This document shows positions 1 to 13,752 of a stretch of 64,000 bases of DNA, in pieces. The notes beneath the pieces were generated by a model, which searched no databases, was not told where the DNA came from, and worked only from the letters and a program-made list of their open reading frames with translations. The DNA is taken from assembly GCA_964234715.1 (NCBI GenBank), contig OZ174276.1, one strand, 5' to 3'. How positions within the stretch are numbered: position 1 is the stretch's first letter; each line of letters opens with the position of its first letter. Position numbers and translations under genes: made by a program. Source of the stretch: Podarcis melisellensis. Lineage: Eukaryota.

Positions 1-2144
1 TATTTTTGCAATACTTAGGTCAGCCGTTCAGACTGCAGGGGGGAGTAGTGGAGGGGAAGAGACGTATTTATAAAGAATTTGTATGAGAACAGATTGACCC
101 AAATGTAAGTTACTAAAATAGATTATATTAGCTAGAATGAAGCACATTGCATGCATGCAATCAGCATGAGCTTTGTGAAGATGTCAGATCCTGTATATAT
201 ATTCTGGAACATATGCCTAGGTTAATTCAAGGTAAAGCTTTTCCTCAAGGAAGTAAAGATCATTTATAAATACACGTGACGTAGAACAACATCCTCATAA
301 AATTAAAAATGCCTGTGAGTACTAGTAGAAATTCCAAGTCTTCTCTATTTAATTTTTACCTGCGCAGAGCAGGCAAAACAAGTGGTCTATTTTTAGACCA
401 GTCTTCTAAGTAATTAATCATTGGGGTTAACAGAGTGATAACCAGCACAGTCAATTTTCTCCTTTAGACCTGTAGGTCTGAGCATCTAAGGGGGGTGGGG
501 TCCAAAAGAGAGATGCACACTGCCTTTTCTGTCTGGAGGTGAGATAGCTGCAAAGGCAAGTGTTAAAACAAGAGCACAGGTTCTGTGTGCTTTTAGACAT
601 TGCTTATAATAGGCACTGACAGAGGAACCGCAAGTGACTCATGCTTCTTGTGTAATGTGCTGAGCAGCAAGCTGCACATCCCCAGCCCATCCCCACTGTG
701 GAGAGAGGCATGGGCTCCACATGCATCCAGAACCCATCCATCTCACAACATAATAAAGCCAGCCACCCTCCATTTGTCCATATGGGCATCCATTCTGATT
801 TCAAGGTTCTCCTTTTGAATTTCTTGTAGTCAGGCCTACTTTAAATAGTATACAGAGTAGGGCCAAAGCTAATCTGATACACCTGCTCTGGCTCAACTGT
901 ATGGAAGTTTACCAAGATGAAGGATGGTCCCAGTTTTCAGCACTGGGCTTTCATTTCCAATACCCCCCAAAGAAGCCTATTTCCTTAACCCATCACTAGG
1001 AGGAGTGGTGGACATGGTCTAGGCCATAAGAAAACTTAACATGCTGGCAAGCATGAACAGGGTTGGGGTAAGAATGCCACATGCAACATAATGCATACAA
1101 TGTTGTGAGCTGGACAGATTTGTACCACTTTAGGCTGGAGGTGGATGTCATTGAATGTTCTTATAGAACCATAGAATTGTAGAGTTGGAAGGAACCCAAA
1201 GGTCATGTGCAATGTAGCAATCTCAACATGTGGTTCCCCATCCAATTTGAAACCATACCAAACCCTGCTTTGCTTTGTAAATGTGCAAGCAGTTTTATTG
1301 CTGCACGGCCCCCTTTTTAAAAAGCCCTATTGGGGTGTAGGTTAGTAGAAGAGCATCTGCTTTGCATGCAGAAGGTCCCAGGTTCAATCCCTTGGTATCT
1401 CCAGATAGGGTTGGAAGAGACCCCTATCTGAAATCACAGAGAGCTGCAGCCAGCCATCATAGATAACACTGAGTAAGGCGACCAATTTCTACTATCTGGG
1501 CTCAGATACAAATGGCATGGTCCAAACTGGCAAGTGGCCAGGTTCCACAGTGGCAGACAGGGCTCTAAAGGGCCAGAGATGGATAATGTGGTCAGATGGG
1601 GTGGAAGTCAGGCTCTCCAGCTGCAGCCCATTTTAGTTCCATAGGTCATCTGATACCTTCTGGGCTGACTGGCTGCAGCTTCTCTTCCTGCCACTGTAGG
1701 GGGTGCTGTGGTGCATCAAGACTCTGCCCCCCCCTCCTGGTAGAGGTGAGGGGAGAGAGAGCCTTGCAGCCAATTTCCAGGCTTGAGTACACTGGTGCCT
1801 TCCATCAATGCAAAAAGCTAAATGACAAGGGAAAGGGTTCTCCCTGACATGCCAGTTTTCTGTGTAAAGGGATTAATTTATTATATGGAGGAGCACTTTG
1901 TCACCTGAAATCTGAAGCAACAGACCCCACCCCACAAGTTTACCAGCTCAGAGCTTTGCACCCAGTTGCTGTGTGTATATATAATTAATATTTTTTACTT
2001 TAGAATGCTGGCTGCCTCAAATGCATATATATGGCCATTTCAGCACTAGGGCTGTGGACAGCACCAATAGAAAAAAGTCAGAATTAAAAGAATTAAAAGG
2101 AAGGGGCCTTGCTATCTCTGGTCTTGGCTCCTAATCCTTGAGCT

Positions 2145-2342
2145 TGTTATATCCCACCTTGCTCACCAAAGAGGTACACAGTTCTCTCCCCCATCATTTA
2201 ACCCCCACAACAACCCTGTGAGGTAGGTTATGCTGAGAGGCAGTGATTGGCCCAGGGTCACCCAGTGAGCTCTATGGCTAAGTGGGGACTCAAACCCTGG
2301 TCTCCCAAGGTCCAGCACTCTAACCACTATACCACACTGGCT
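2145..2342 (-). mobile_element. tRNA-derived MIR/CORE-like SINE (similar copies ~28140-28358, ~34560-34705)
   Basis: Minus strand CCAGTGTGGTATAGTGGTTAGAGTG head and CCTACCTCACAGGGTTGTTGTG core. Confidence 0.75.
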
Positions 2343-2535
2343 GGACAGAAGAGCCAAGTCACACAGACAGCTCTCTAAAGCATCACTGTTGCCTATACCA
2401 CCACTTCTAAAGTACTGTACACATGCAATTCAGCCCTAAGTGGCTCTTGTCCCAACTCAATAGCCCAGCCCTATCCAGTTCATATCTAGTATCATTAGAA
2501 TTACAAATAATTGCATCAAATGGAGCCTTGGGTAA

Positions 2536-2715
2536 GGGCCATAGCTCAGAGGTAGAGCATCTTGTTTGCATGGTCACAGGTTCAATCCCTGGCATCTCCA
2601 GGTAGGGTGGGGGTGGGGTGGGACACACTGCTGGAAATCCTGAAGAGCCTGTCAGTTACTGTAGACAATACTTAGCTAGAAGGACCAATGGTACCAGGCT
2701 GATTCCTATCTTTCT
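2536..2715 (+). mobile_element. Short tRNA-derived squamate SINE (similar copies ~1335-1485, ~49215-49325)
   Basis: GGGCCATAGCTCAGAGGTAGAGCA A-box and GGTTCAATCCC B-box. Confidence 0.7.
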
Positions 2716-4438
2716 ATGGTATCTCCAGAAAAGTTTCTCAGTTGCTGCTCAGGTTTTCATTATAACTCTTAACCTTGTGCTTGCTGTCTGATACCCTCCC
2801 TTCATTTTCTGCACCTCACAGGCAGAGGCTCAAGCATGATTCCAAGTCTTGTCATGTGCTGTGAGTTGCTTAGTTCCTTAATTAAGGCTGCTGCTCTCTC
2901 TGATGGAACATTTCAGAAGCCAGTTAGCATTTGTACTCTTCAAAGTCTTGCTCTAAAGCTGCTGCTTTTTAATGAGAACTTTTGCTGTGGTCCACATAAC
3001 TCCAAATGGCACCCAGCCATTATGCTCAGGATCTGACAGGTGGCCTTTTCCATTCAGCTTTCCATTTAGGTCAGAAATCAAACCTGATCCAGGCAAGCAG
3101 GCTCAGGGGGAATTAGAAAAGATGGCTGTGCTATCCAGCAATAATAAGGAATTTACCTTTCTATGGCACCAATATAACACAGTCATTGAAAGGTAGACCC
3201 TACTACATGGACAATTTGAAGTGACTGCATTGTAGGGGCCAGTCAGTAGTAGTAAAACACCAGGCAAGTGATCGCATAAGTTGGCTTTCCCAACTAATGC
3301 AAACTCACTATTAATTTGCATTAATTTGCAGTTGCGGGGCTGCCAACATTATTCAGCAAATACCGTAGCTCTATCTCCATTTGCAGCACTCAAACAGCCT
3401 TGATGATCTTGCCTCAGTGTGCAAATACTGGTAGCTCTGTCAGCTGACAGATTAGATTGGGTACGTGGTAAGATTTTGGTCTTTGATTTAGTTGGTGAAT
3501 GTTCCTATAGCACACCAGATTAAACATGGATTTGCCAGCCAGTGCAACGGTATGACTACAGCAAGCATAATTTACATGTAAGTTGTAGCAGGTACTTACA
3601 ATCTCTATTTTGTTTTGCACACAATTGGCAATAAAAGCACATTACATAAGAATAAAAATAATATGGGATATGCCAGAGGCCCAAACTAACAATACTTTAT
3701 GCGACAGATCTTAGATACTGCAGAATAAAGAAGGTGAATGCCAGCACAAATATCGGCTCAGTCAGTCATAACGCAAGATGGAAATCTTTTAAACATATAT
3801 GTGCAAAATGCCATCACAGTAACTCAGCCAAATGGCGGCAAAGGCACCACTGCCACAAGTACAATATAAATAGAGTAGATTGGTGGGGCAAAGATTAAGG
3901 AGAAAGACAAGATTCTTTAGGATGATATAAGAGAAAACAGAAGAAAACAAATTGAAAATGTCTGGGCTGATCCATTCAACAGCATTGCAAAAGTGGTTTT
4001 CAAGCAGAGATTTTAAGAAAGAGTAGCTTGATGGGTAGAATATGTTCCCAACAATAGGAGCAGAATATTACAAGGCATGATTCAAAATAAGAATATTTGT
4101 TTTGTTTCCTATTTCCTACTTTCCCTGACAAAGCTCTATAGCAGCTTTTGGAAATGAGACTTTAGGTGTTTTGTTTTGTTTTGTTCTGTACTGGTTACAG
4201 CCATAAAGGTTGAGTAGGTAGTGAACAAGCTGGACTAGTCAGGCAATGCAAGCTACAAAAAACAACAACAGTACAAATTCAACAGAAAGCAGCCTTTAAC
4301 TTCCAATAACTTTTTTTCCAACCAGTATAAAAAAATAGAACTGCTTTCTCCTATTGGCCCAATTATGGACCAAAAGCCATCCCAATTTTTAGTGTTTCCA
4401 CAGGCAGGAAGGTATAATTATTTTTATTTTTATTAATC

Positions 4439-4493
<55 letters not shown>
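4439..4493. repeat. (ATT)n microsatellite
   Basis: Direct reading. Confidence 0.95.
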
Positions 4494-4494
4494 T

Positions 4495-4955
4495 TCATTA
4501 TTTATACCCTGCCCATCTGGCTGGGTTTCCCCAGCCAGATGGGCGGCTTACAGCATATATTGTTGTTGTTGTTTAGTCGTTTAGTCGTGTCCGACTCTTT
4601 GTGACCCCATGGACCAGAGCACGCCAGGCACTCCTGTCTTCGAATGCTTCCCACAGTTTGGTCAAACTCATGCTGGTAGCTTGTGCCCTCCATCTTTCCC
4701 AACATCAGGGTCTTTTCCAGGGAGTCTTTTCTTCTCATGAGGTGGCCAAAGTATTGGAATCTCAGCTTCAGGAAATGTCCTTCCAGTGAGCACTCAGGGC
4801 TGATATAAAGCATACTAAAATACCAAACATTAAAAACATCCTTATACAGGGCTGCTTTCAGATGTCTTCTAAAAGTTATGTAGTTCTTTATCTCCTTGAC
4901 ATCTGAAGGAAGAGTGTTCCACAGAGAGGGTGCTGCTACCGAGAAGGCCTTCTGC
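4495..4955 (-). mobile_element. L2/CR1-clade LINE 3' fragment
   Basis: KAFSVAAPSLWNTLP...FRRHLKAALY; (AAT)n tail. Confidence 0.75.
4560..4802 (-). mobile_element. BovB/RTE LINE 3' fragment nested in an L2-type fragment
   Basis: LKLRFQYFGHLMRRKDSLEKTLMLGKMEG and (CAA)n tail. Confidence 0.85.
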
Positions 4956-6217
4956 CTTCTCTCTGCTGGCTCATTTTCTCCTCCAACAGAGCACACTGAG
5001 ACTTAGGAGAGGACCACTTCACATCATGTTACTTTATAGAAATGCAATGCCATATTCCTCTTTTTCTTTTCTTCTTTGCAAAACTACTACTTGTTTGTCC
5101 TATTGTGGTCAATAAACAACAACAGTGCTCCTTCGTTACATTAATGAAAGGTTGCTGAAGCCTTTAATGCCATCAATGCATCAATGATCTTAAAAGCCAG
5201 AATTATTTCCCCATCCCTTGCCAGCTTCATGTTCTGTCAATCAGGAAGTGGGGCAATGCAATTCTATTCAAATGGTAATCCCCATTGTATTTCTTATTAC
5301 CAGACAAGTGTGCCTGTGATTGACTCCTGGTGGGATTCATATGTAATGGCTTCAGAGAAGAGAAGCTATAGCAAACTTCCAGAAACACAGGCAGAAATTA
5401 TGACAGGCAGCCAATTAAAGTAATTAAAGCAAGACCCAGCATGAGAAGGAACAATACTCAAATTGCAGAGGAGCTCAGAGTGAGCCACATACCATTTGAG
5501 TTGGCATCCTTAGCTAATGTCTTTAGAAGGCAATGTGACAGCCATGGTTGACCAAAATGGAAGACACGGGGTGGGACTTGTGGAGTTCATGAAGACCCTT
5601 CCATATTCTGAGCACTGATACAGCATTAAGGTCAAAAACTACGGAGCAGTTTTAATGAATTCAGTATGGTAACCTTAAACTTTGCCTGCCACTGTACTGT
5701 GGGAATAAAATATTCATCTGAGCGCTGTTGCTCCTCAGTAGATGCCTAGATTGTAGCTGGATAAGCTATTGACACCTTGTCACAAACAATTAGGTTTAGC
5801 CCCGTCATGCCTGTCAGCATGACAGAGCAGAAAATAAAAGGTTTGGAGTCAAAGCAGCTGCTTTATACTCATAGTCCATCTTGCCCTATACTGTGTTTAA
5901 AGCTCTGACTGGTATCTTTTCTGGGTCCTTTTGAGCCCCTGGTACATGGGGTGTTTCAACAGATACACTGAATGTGAAACTTCATATTTGTAAAGCATTC
6001 TCTACCACAGAATCAAGGGAAAGCTCCAGGTCTGAGGCTGAATTGGACAAAATGCCCACTGATGGGGCCCTCTCCTACTTCAGTGGACTTCACCAGAGGG
6101 TTTTCCTGGAGGTAGCAACAGCAGGTGGCAACAGTGCTGTGCTTCAACAGAGATGTCCATTTTAATTTCCCATAATGCCCTACAGCAAAGCTATGTTGGG
6201 AGCATTGGAGGAAAATA

Positions 6218-6522
6218 AATGCGTCTCCACCCCCATTGTTCTGCCCGGACACTGAGGTCCAGAGCTGAGGGCCTTCTGGCGGTTCCCTCACTGCGAGAAG
6301 CGAAGTTACAGGGAACCAGGCAGAGGGCCTTCTTGGTAGCAGCCCTGTGGAATGCCCTCCTATCAGATGTCAAAGAAATAAACAACTATTCGACTTTTAG
6401 AAGACACCTGAAGCCAGCCCTGTTTAGGGTAGCTTTTAATATTTGATGAAGCATTGTGTTTTAATATTCTGCTGGAAACATAGCCAGATGGGTGGGGTAT
6501 AAATAATAAATCATTATTATTA
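6218..6522 (+). mobile_element. L2/CR1-clade LINE 3' fragment
   Basis: RTLRSRAEGLLAVP...RAFLVAALWNAL...FRRHLK; same family as 4495. Confidence 0.8.
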
Positions 6523-8942
6523 TAATATGAAATGCTGGCACTATAGCCTAGAAAGAATAGTTTAAGGTGGAGGGGGCAGACTAGGCCTCAGCTACATGGA
6601 TGGGGGGCGGGCTCAGCAGCTGACTAAGGATGGTGGGTCCTGGTGTTGGGCCTGAATAACAGTATAGTCTGTCACACAAAATGTTGGAGGTATAACCTCT
6701 TCTCCTCTGGCAGTAACAACTCGGTAAGCAAAACAGAGGGAGGAATTCAACCTAGCACTAAGGAGACCACTCTGTCAGCGCAAAGCATTTCTGCTTTCCT
6801 CTCCTCCCCAAACATGCCAATGGGAGGCACCTGGGGGGCAGGGAGTGCAGGGAGGACCCACTGCAGTAGTGGAAGTCCTTTTTGGGCTTCTGCTGATGGG
6901 ACTCATTAGTTGAATCTGGCCCATGTTCACAAGAACCGGGTCTACCAATCAAGCCTCATCTGTACCCTGAAGAAAGCAAGATAAACCATGCCGGGGTAGC
7001 CAGTGTGGAGCCTTTCCTGCCACATGTTGCTAAATTCCCATTATCCCTGACCATTGGTCAAGCTAGTTGGAACTGATGGCAGCTGAAGTCCAAAGACATC
7101 TGGAGGGTTACCCTCGTACTACACAGTATCCTTGGTTTCAATGTATTCTTATTAAGTATTTGTTATACTGATATATCTGCCTGCTAAGGCAGGTCAGCAG
7201 CTCTGAGAAATGGATTCTGCACATTGCCACAGCAGGTGTTTCAGGAATGTGATCCTGTTACATAGGCAGCACGGTGTTCTATCATGGGGTTTTGTTTGGT
7301 TTCTGTTAGCAACCAATGTAAATTTTTGCATGATTCTCCTATTTTCTACTTCTGCTTACTTCTGTATCAAGACAAGGCTGAACGTTATGTACAGAAGAAT
7401 AATAAGCAGCCTGCTCACTGTTTTCTGGGGCTAAGTTAATACTGTATACCTATGCATTTGTCAAAAGGTTTGGAGATTTGTTTTTTAATCAAGAGTCTTC
7501 AGAAAATAAAAAATGCAGTGGAAGGGTTGCACCAGCAAATATAATAAGGACTTTCCCCACGCTTTCCCCCCAGTGCGACAAAGAGGGAGATGCCCAAGTG
7601 AGTCGCTTCCACCCCCTTGATTGTCCAACTGCAACATAAAAGCACTGCAATGCTCCAGTGGGTCTTACTCTCAAGTAGTTGCATCTACCACCCTCCCATT
7701 TACTTCTGCAACTCAAATGGTAAGCAATTAATTTTCAAGCTTCCCTTGTGAGTTACATGGAGTGTTAAGGCAGCCCAACGCTCTCTTTGAGTCTCCCAGA
7801 CCTCAGAAGAGTGTTAGAAAAAGGTGGGGCTGCAATAGAAACTAGTATATCCGGGAAAAATATTATATTCCAGTCTTTGACTTGCTATTCTATGTTTCTA
7901 TTTGCAGACAGTTTTAACGCAGGAAATGGACAATAACCAAATATGGGATCATGTGCTGTCAGTTTGAAGTGGTACAGGCCATTCTGTGCCTCTGTAGACC
8001 AGGAACAAATGAAATAAGTAATTGACATAAATGCATTTACAGGGAAATGTCAGAGCACACAATTGCAGGCCCATCACATATGTATTTAGGACTGGGGTGG
8101 TTACCACTAGTTTAACAGCAGTACATTGCTGGTGCTAAGCTTGAACTGTGGTCTGGAGTGCTTATTTAAAAATAGAGTTTGGATATTCAGTCATTTGTAG
8201 TGCTACCATTGCTTTGGTTACAGCTCCAGCTAAATGTGTTGTGTCAGCAGACTGTAATACACACAGACACTTTTAACAGTTCACCAACTGACTAAACGTC
8301 ACACTTAATTTCTATATTCCCTCTGAGCCACATTCTTGAAAGCTGAAACACTCATTCATCAGGACCCAGGCTTTCAAATGCTGTTTCTCTTTCACAAGAT
8401 GACAAAAGGCCAACAGTTGTGTTTCATCTGGATTGCTAAATGAACCACATTGTTAATTTGAACCCCCTCAACAACTGACTGTGTTTTATTTGGGCACTGA
8501 CCTCTTGGGTACAGGCCAGGGCCCACCCACACTTTTCTATTTTTGGAAGTTTTGCTGCAGGCCTGCATTAGGAGCCCTGCCACCCTGCCCTCTTGCTGCC
8601 AGCATCACCATATTTGCTAATGATGCCATTACTTGCACCACCCACCCTGCCACATTTGTTGCTGGCACCAGCCAATTTTGGGTAAGATCTCACATGAAAT
8701 CAGCAACACCAGTGCTGCTTCTCCATTGCTGGCAGAGACATGGGGCATCCAGCCTTGCGGGCTTCTGCCAGCTTGGCCCTGCCTGCCAGGGATCTAGTAG
8801 AAATCCTGTTAAATAAAACCTGTTACGTTATACCACCTACTTATTGTTATAGATTTGAAGAGGTGTTTCATTGGGGTACAGCCTATGCTGCAACATCCTA
8901 TTTGATCATGTATTTGATATCTTAACTAGATGCAAAGCCTGG

Positions 8943-9326
8943 AACTTAGCCTGGAGAAGAGGAGGTTAAGGGGTGATATGATAGCCATGTTCAAATATAT
9001 AAAAGGATGTCACATAGAGGAGGGAGAAAGGTTGTTTTCTGCTGCTCCAGAGAAGCGGACACAGAGCAATGGATCCAAACTACAAGAAAGAAGATTCCAC
9101 CTAAACATTAGGAAGAACTTCCTGACAGTAAGAGCTGTTCGACAGTGGAATTTGCTGCCAAGGAGTGTGGTGGAGTCTCCTTCTTTGGAGGTCTTTAAGC
9201 AGAGGCTTGACAACCATATGTCAGGAGTGCTCTGATGGTGTTTCCTGCTTGGCAGGGGGTTGGACTTGATGGCCCTTGTGGTCTCTTCCAACTCTATGAT
9301 TCTATGATTCTATTCTATGATTCTAT
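8943..9326 (+). mobile_element. CR1 LINE 3' fragment
   Basis: SLEKRRLRGDMI...WNLLPRSVVESPSLEVFKQRLD followed by an (ATTCTATG)n tail. Confidence 0.92.
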
Positions 9327-11452
9327 CCTAAAGTCATCTGGTTCTCTTAAAGCAACCGCAAAACCCCCACTTTGGATCAGGAATACAGTGCAGGTTGCAA
9401 TTGTTATTCCCACTGTTGTGGGTCCAATACAGATTGGGGTCCCCATGGTTGCTTTTGGATAAAAAAATCATTCTCTGTCACAAATCTCCCATGTAATCTC
9501 TAGATTAGCCTTGAGGTGCTTCCAGACAGGTGTTCATTGTGGGATTGGTGTTCCTCATTCAGGAGCCTTTTTTGTTTTTGCATTTGGTCACCTTCTTCCA
9601 CTTAACACAGCAAGCAATGAAACTGGATATTGACAAATGGGAAATGACTTCTCTCTTTTCTTTGCAAGTGTGAGTTGTTGCTGGCATCCATCCATCTTGA
9701 GGGACAATGGAGTGTGTCTCCGTGGGTGAAGTGAAACTGCTGTGTTAGCAGCACCAAAGCGACTTCCCTAGTGTGTAAGCCTTGGCAGTGTATATGAAGG
9801 TCCTGCGCTGCCCTGTTGACAAGACCCCACTCTTGACATCGCTGATGTGGTCCAAAGGAAAGCAGAGCAACATGTTTGGCACCAGCTTGGCTGCTGAAGC
9901 TGCCAGAAGGAGGCCATTCAACCGTCTTAGGGACTCCACACTGGTTCGTCTCCTGAGGATATCCCACAAGGCAGCAGATGTTTAGGATCAGAGTTTTCCT
10001 TCTATATGGGCCAACTTCCCAGCTTGATGAGCCCCATCTACTCCTGACTTCCCTCTACAGTATGTGCAGTAACCACCTTCTTGACCGTTGGACCCACTAT
10101 TGGCCTTGGCTGCTCAGTCTGCCAGAGCCTGCCTTTGCATGCAGATGAACTCCCCAACTCACCAAGGGTTTGAGATCCATCAGCTATCATCACCTGGTTT
10201 AGCTGGCCAGTCAAAGCCATTCCTGGGGTGTGGCCACTGTTGCTTGCTGACAGCTTCTAGGAGTAAGTGCTATAGGTAAATAATAAGAAACACTTAAAGA
10301 TACACTAAACTTAAAGATGCATTACCTTGCTTTCTGTATATACCAAATGCAAAAAAAAACTGAATAGTGTGCAGCTGGTATTTAAGCCCCTGAGGTAAAC
10401 AGGCTCTGTTAATATTCAGGATCTGCTCCGGCATTCTCACACTCAAATATCAGCAGCTGTCTGGGGAGAGGACCATTACATTGGTAGTTGGCAAGCAATT
10501 ATGCTGCTGTTTGGGCCGAACTCTTGCTGCCTCCAGATCTCCATCTTTGTGTTTCCCTCCCCACTTTACAAATAGGAAATAAAGACATCCAGTGTTGTTC
10601 TTATTCTTCAGGTGCTTTGGGGAGATCTACTGTTGTTCCCTTTAATGCTCTGGACAGCAGATAATTCTTAACCAAGGCCATATTTTGAACTGAGCTGGAA
10701 AGACCAACAAAATGAGTTCTACCCATTCCTGCATGAATTGGAGCACAGGCAAAGGGCACATTGAATTGCTCATTCCCAGTGCAAATATGAATGGCCCTTC
10801 TTTCCCTGTCCCTCCTCTCCCCCATTCAGTACCAAGCAGGACTTCATATATGTTGCTGACAAAGGTAATTTCCATGTGATTGTTTTAGGTGAAAATATAG
10901 GCTGGTCTTTAGTTAAGTGGTTATCTTCCACACAAGATTAGCAAGACTTAAAAAGAAAAAGGATCATGATTTTAATTTATTATGATCAAATTGTGGATGA
11001 TTCCAACACCAGGCCACCCCCAAATTCTGAAATATGGCAGGAGAAACAGAGTGGACACAGCCTCTGATGTAACTAGCCCTCCTCCTCACTCCTGTATAGC
11101 TTTGACCACCTCCATATCTCCCCCTACCAACCATCATAGGGATGGCAGTTCCATTCCCTGCCTTGGTCCCAGCCAAGACACACAACTTCCCTGACCCACC
11201 TCTAGTAAACTGAATACATACAGTAGAGGATACTGTCAGGGGACAACAAGTAGGACACACACAAAGAAACAATATTGGATGTGACTCACACTCCAGCTCT
11301 CACCTGGGATAAACACTCAGCATTCCCCTTTTCCAGCAAGGACACAGTTCCATGCAGGATTGGACTTGTACTCCAGGGGCATGAAATCCATTTCCACTAA
11401 CACACACAACTTCAGACCACTTCCAGCCCCTCACACTAGAAATGGTCTAGAG

Positions 11453-11689
11453 CAGGCATGTCCAAAGTCTGTTTGGGGGGCCAAATCCACCCCTCCAGTC
11501 AGTTTTATCTTGCCCCTGTGGCAGTTTACGTATTGGTATTAAATCTTAAAAAAAGCTCAACAAGGTCAATTCTAAAAGCTCAACAACTTTGAGGGGAAAT
11601 CCTAAAAAAGCTCAACAACTTTGGTCGGTGCTCAAGCATGTTCACTTCATCAAATCTGGCTCTCTTTGAAAAAAGTTTGGGCACACCTG
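11453..11689. mobile_element. hAT-type MITE
   Basis: CAGGCATGTCCAAA...TTTGGGCACACCTG, 8-bp TSD GTCTAGAG/GTCTAGAC. Confidence 0.75.
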
Positions 11690-12394
11690 GTCTAGACTCT
11701 ACAGAAAAACTTTACAAGTCCCCCACCCGTACATAAAGACAAATAATACCACACATAAAACCCTACTCTGTAGACTATTGGAAGAATTGGAAGAAGCTGC
11801 ACCCTACAGCCATGAGCGATGCCTTTCCAACCATTTGAAACCACCATCAAGTAATGTGATTCCACAATTTCTTTTTTTAAAAAAGCTCGTTCAAATGTTG
11901 AACAATCAGTTGCTAATGGTGTCCAGCATTCCTGACAACCTGAGATATTGCGTCCATAACAATGTCTGTAATACTTGTGTCTCTGCGTGGTTTTTCTGGC
12001 CATTTGATCTTCTTGCATAATTCTTTTTGGCACACGCAATGGCAATTGTCTATTCGAAAATATGCAGTCTGTCCTTTGTAATAAATAGCATTGGTGCCAA
12101 CAATGTGCCTTGAGAACTGCAGTAGCTTATTAAAGTCTCTGATGAAGTACTCATGAGAAAAGTGAATGTTTTTGGACTGGGTTTTCAGTGTTGTGCTTGG
12201 GGAGTTACTCTTAATAGGAGCTGTTGTGTTGGGTAAACTGTGGTTGTTGTATTGGCTGTCGACATTGCTCGAGGCTGCTAACTTGTATGGTTTGCAACAT
12301 TCTTCAATCCTGATAACTTGGAACAAGAAAAAAAAGATAAGTGATGCTCTTAATTTTTGCTTTCACATGAATATTTTTCTTCTTGGAAGGCTCA

Positions 12395-12896
12395 TGTCAG
12401 GGACTGGGCAGAGGAGGAATGGTGGAGAACGCCTCCCCACCCTGACCCTTGCAGGGAGGAGGAGGAGGAAAAAGGCAGTACAGATTTACAACAGGGGTTT
12501 GAGGGAGGTAGCAGCTCAAAGGCAGATGAGGGGAAAAGCTGAGAAATCATGGGAGAGCCAGAACAACAACACACAGCTGGCATGTTGTTATTAGAAAACA
12601 TCCCAGATCCTCCATCTCCCAGAACCCGGCGAGCCTTAAAAGTAGGAGAGCAAAGAGCTCAAAGACAGAGGGCACGTAGCAGTACCCATACAGGAGATGA
12701 TGAAAATGATGAATGAAGAATTGGGAGAGATGGTGTGTGTGTGTGTAGACTTATTCAGGACAACACCATTATGCAAGAGTCTGGGTTTATAGGCTCTCTC
12801 TGTAAAGATTGAAATAAAAAAGGACAGTAAGAAACTTTTTCTTGTCTTTATACTTTCCTGGGCAACCAGCTGGGAGCTGCTGATAGCATCCTGACA
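12395..12896 (+). mobile_element. Solo LTR
   Basis: TGTCAGG...CCTGACA termini, GCTCA 5-bp TSD, internal AATAAA. Confidence 0.85.
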
Positions 12897-13752
12897 GCTC
12901 AGCTGTTAATATAGGAAATGGCTGTATCCCAAGCCAGACCATAAACTCATCTAGTGCAGGAATGTCTAACAGCTCTCCAAGGTTTCAGGCAGGAGACCTT
13001 GGGAATGGTCCTCTGATCTTTTGCATGCAAGGCATGTGCTTTACCAATCCACCTCCTAAATAAAGGTGGGGATGCTCCAGTTTTGGGGGCAAGCCTCCTG
13101 AGTGTGTGAGTTTTCTCTGACAGGATTAGTTAGTTGAATTCTGCCCCAAAGATGTGTACTTTGCACACTCACTTAACACGCTAAAATTTTAGAGAGGGTG
13201 CAACATATCCATTAGCAAATGTTGTGGGCCAAAACTCATTTTGGAATCAAGTGTGAAGGTCATTGAAGAAATAATTGCATTTGATCCAAAAAATCTGACT
13301 GTTGGGTTGATGCCCAGAACAGAATTATTTTAGGCAAGAGGGAAAACCTACTGCCTGAAAGGATGACAGCATGCATCAGGGCACAATAATGTTCTGACAG
13401 ATCTTTGGAAACAATAATTCAGCTAAAACAGAGATTCTCGAGATTTATCATAATAAGCTGCCCTACGTAAGGAAACCCCCCCAACAATAACAGTTTCTAG
13501 CTTTCAAAATCCAGCTACACCAAAACAGTTACAGGCACATTTGGACAGTAGGCAAGTGGGTTTGGGGAGAAGAAATAATGAGTAGGTCCGCATGGAATAA
13601 CAGCTTTTATGTGCTCCTAGGAAGTGGGGAAAAAATGAAAAACAAGCTTGATGAGTAAGAAGAGATGATAACAATGATAATGCTTATGATTTGAACAGCA
13701 CCTTCAAGTGTTCAAAATGTGTCACATGTATTATCTAGTTATAATACATAAT

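Noticed and set aside
9700-10270. Possible 5' region of an RTE-type LINE
   Set aside because: It looks repeat-like, but I cannot support a family or boundaries from the sequence alone
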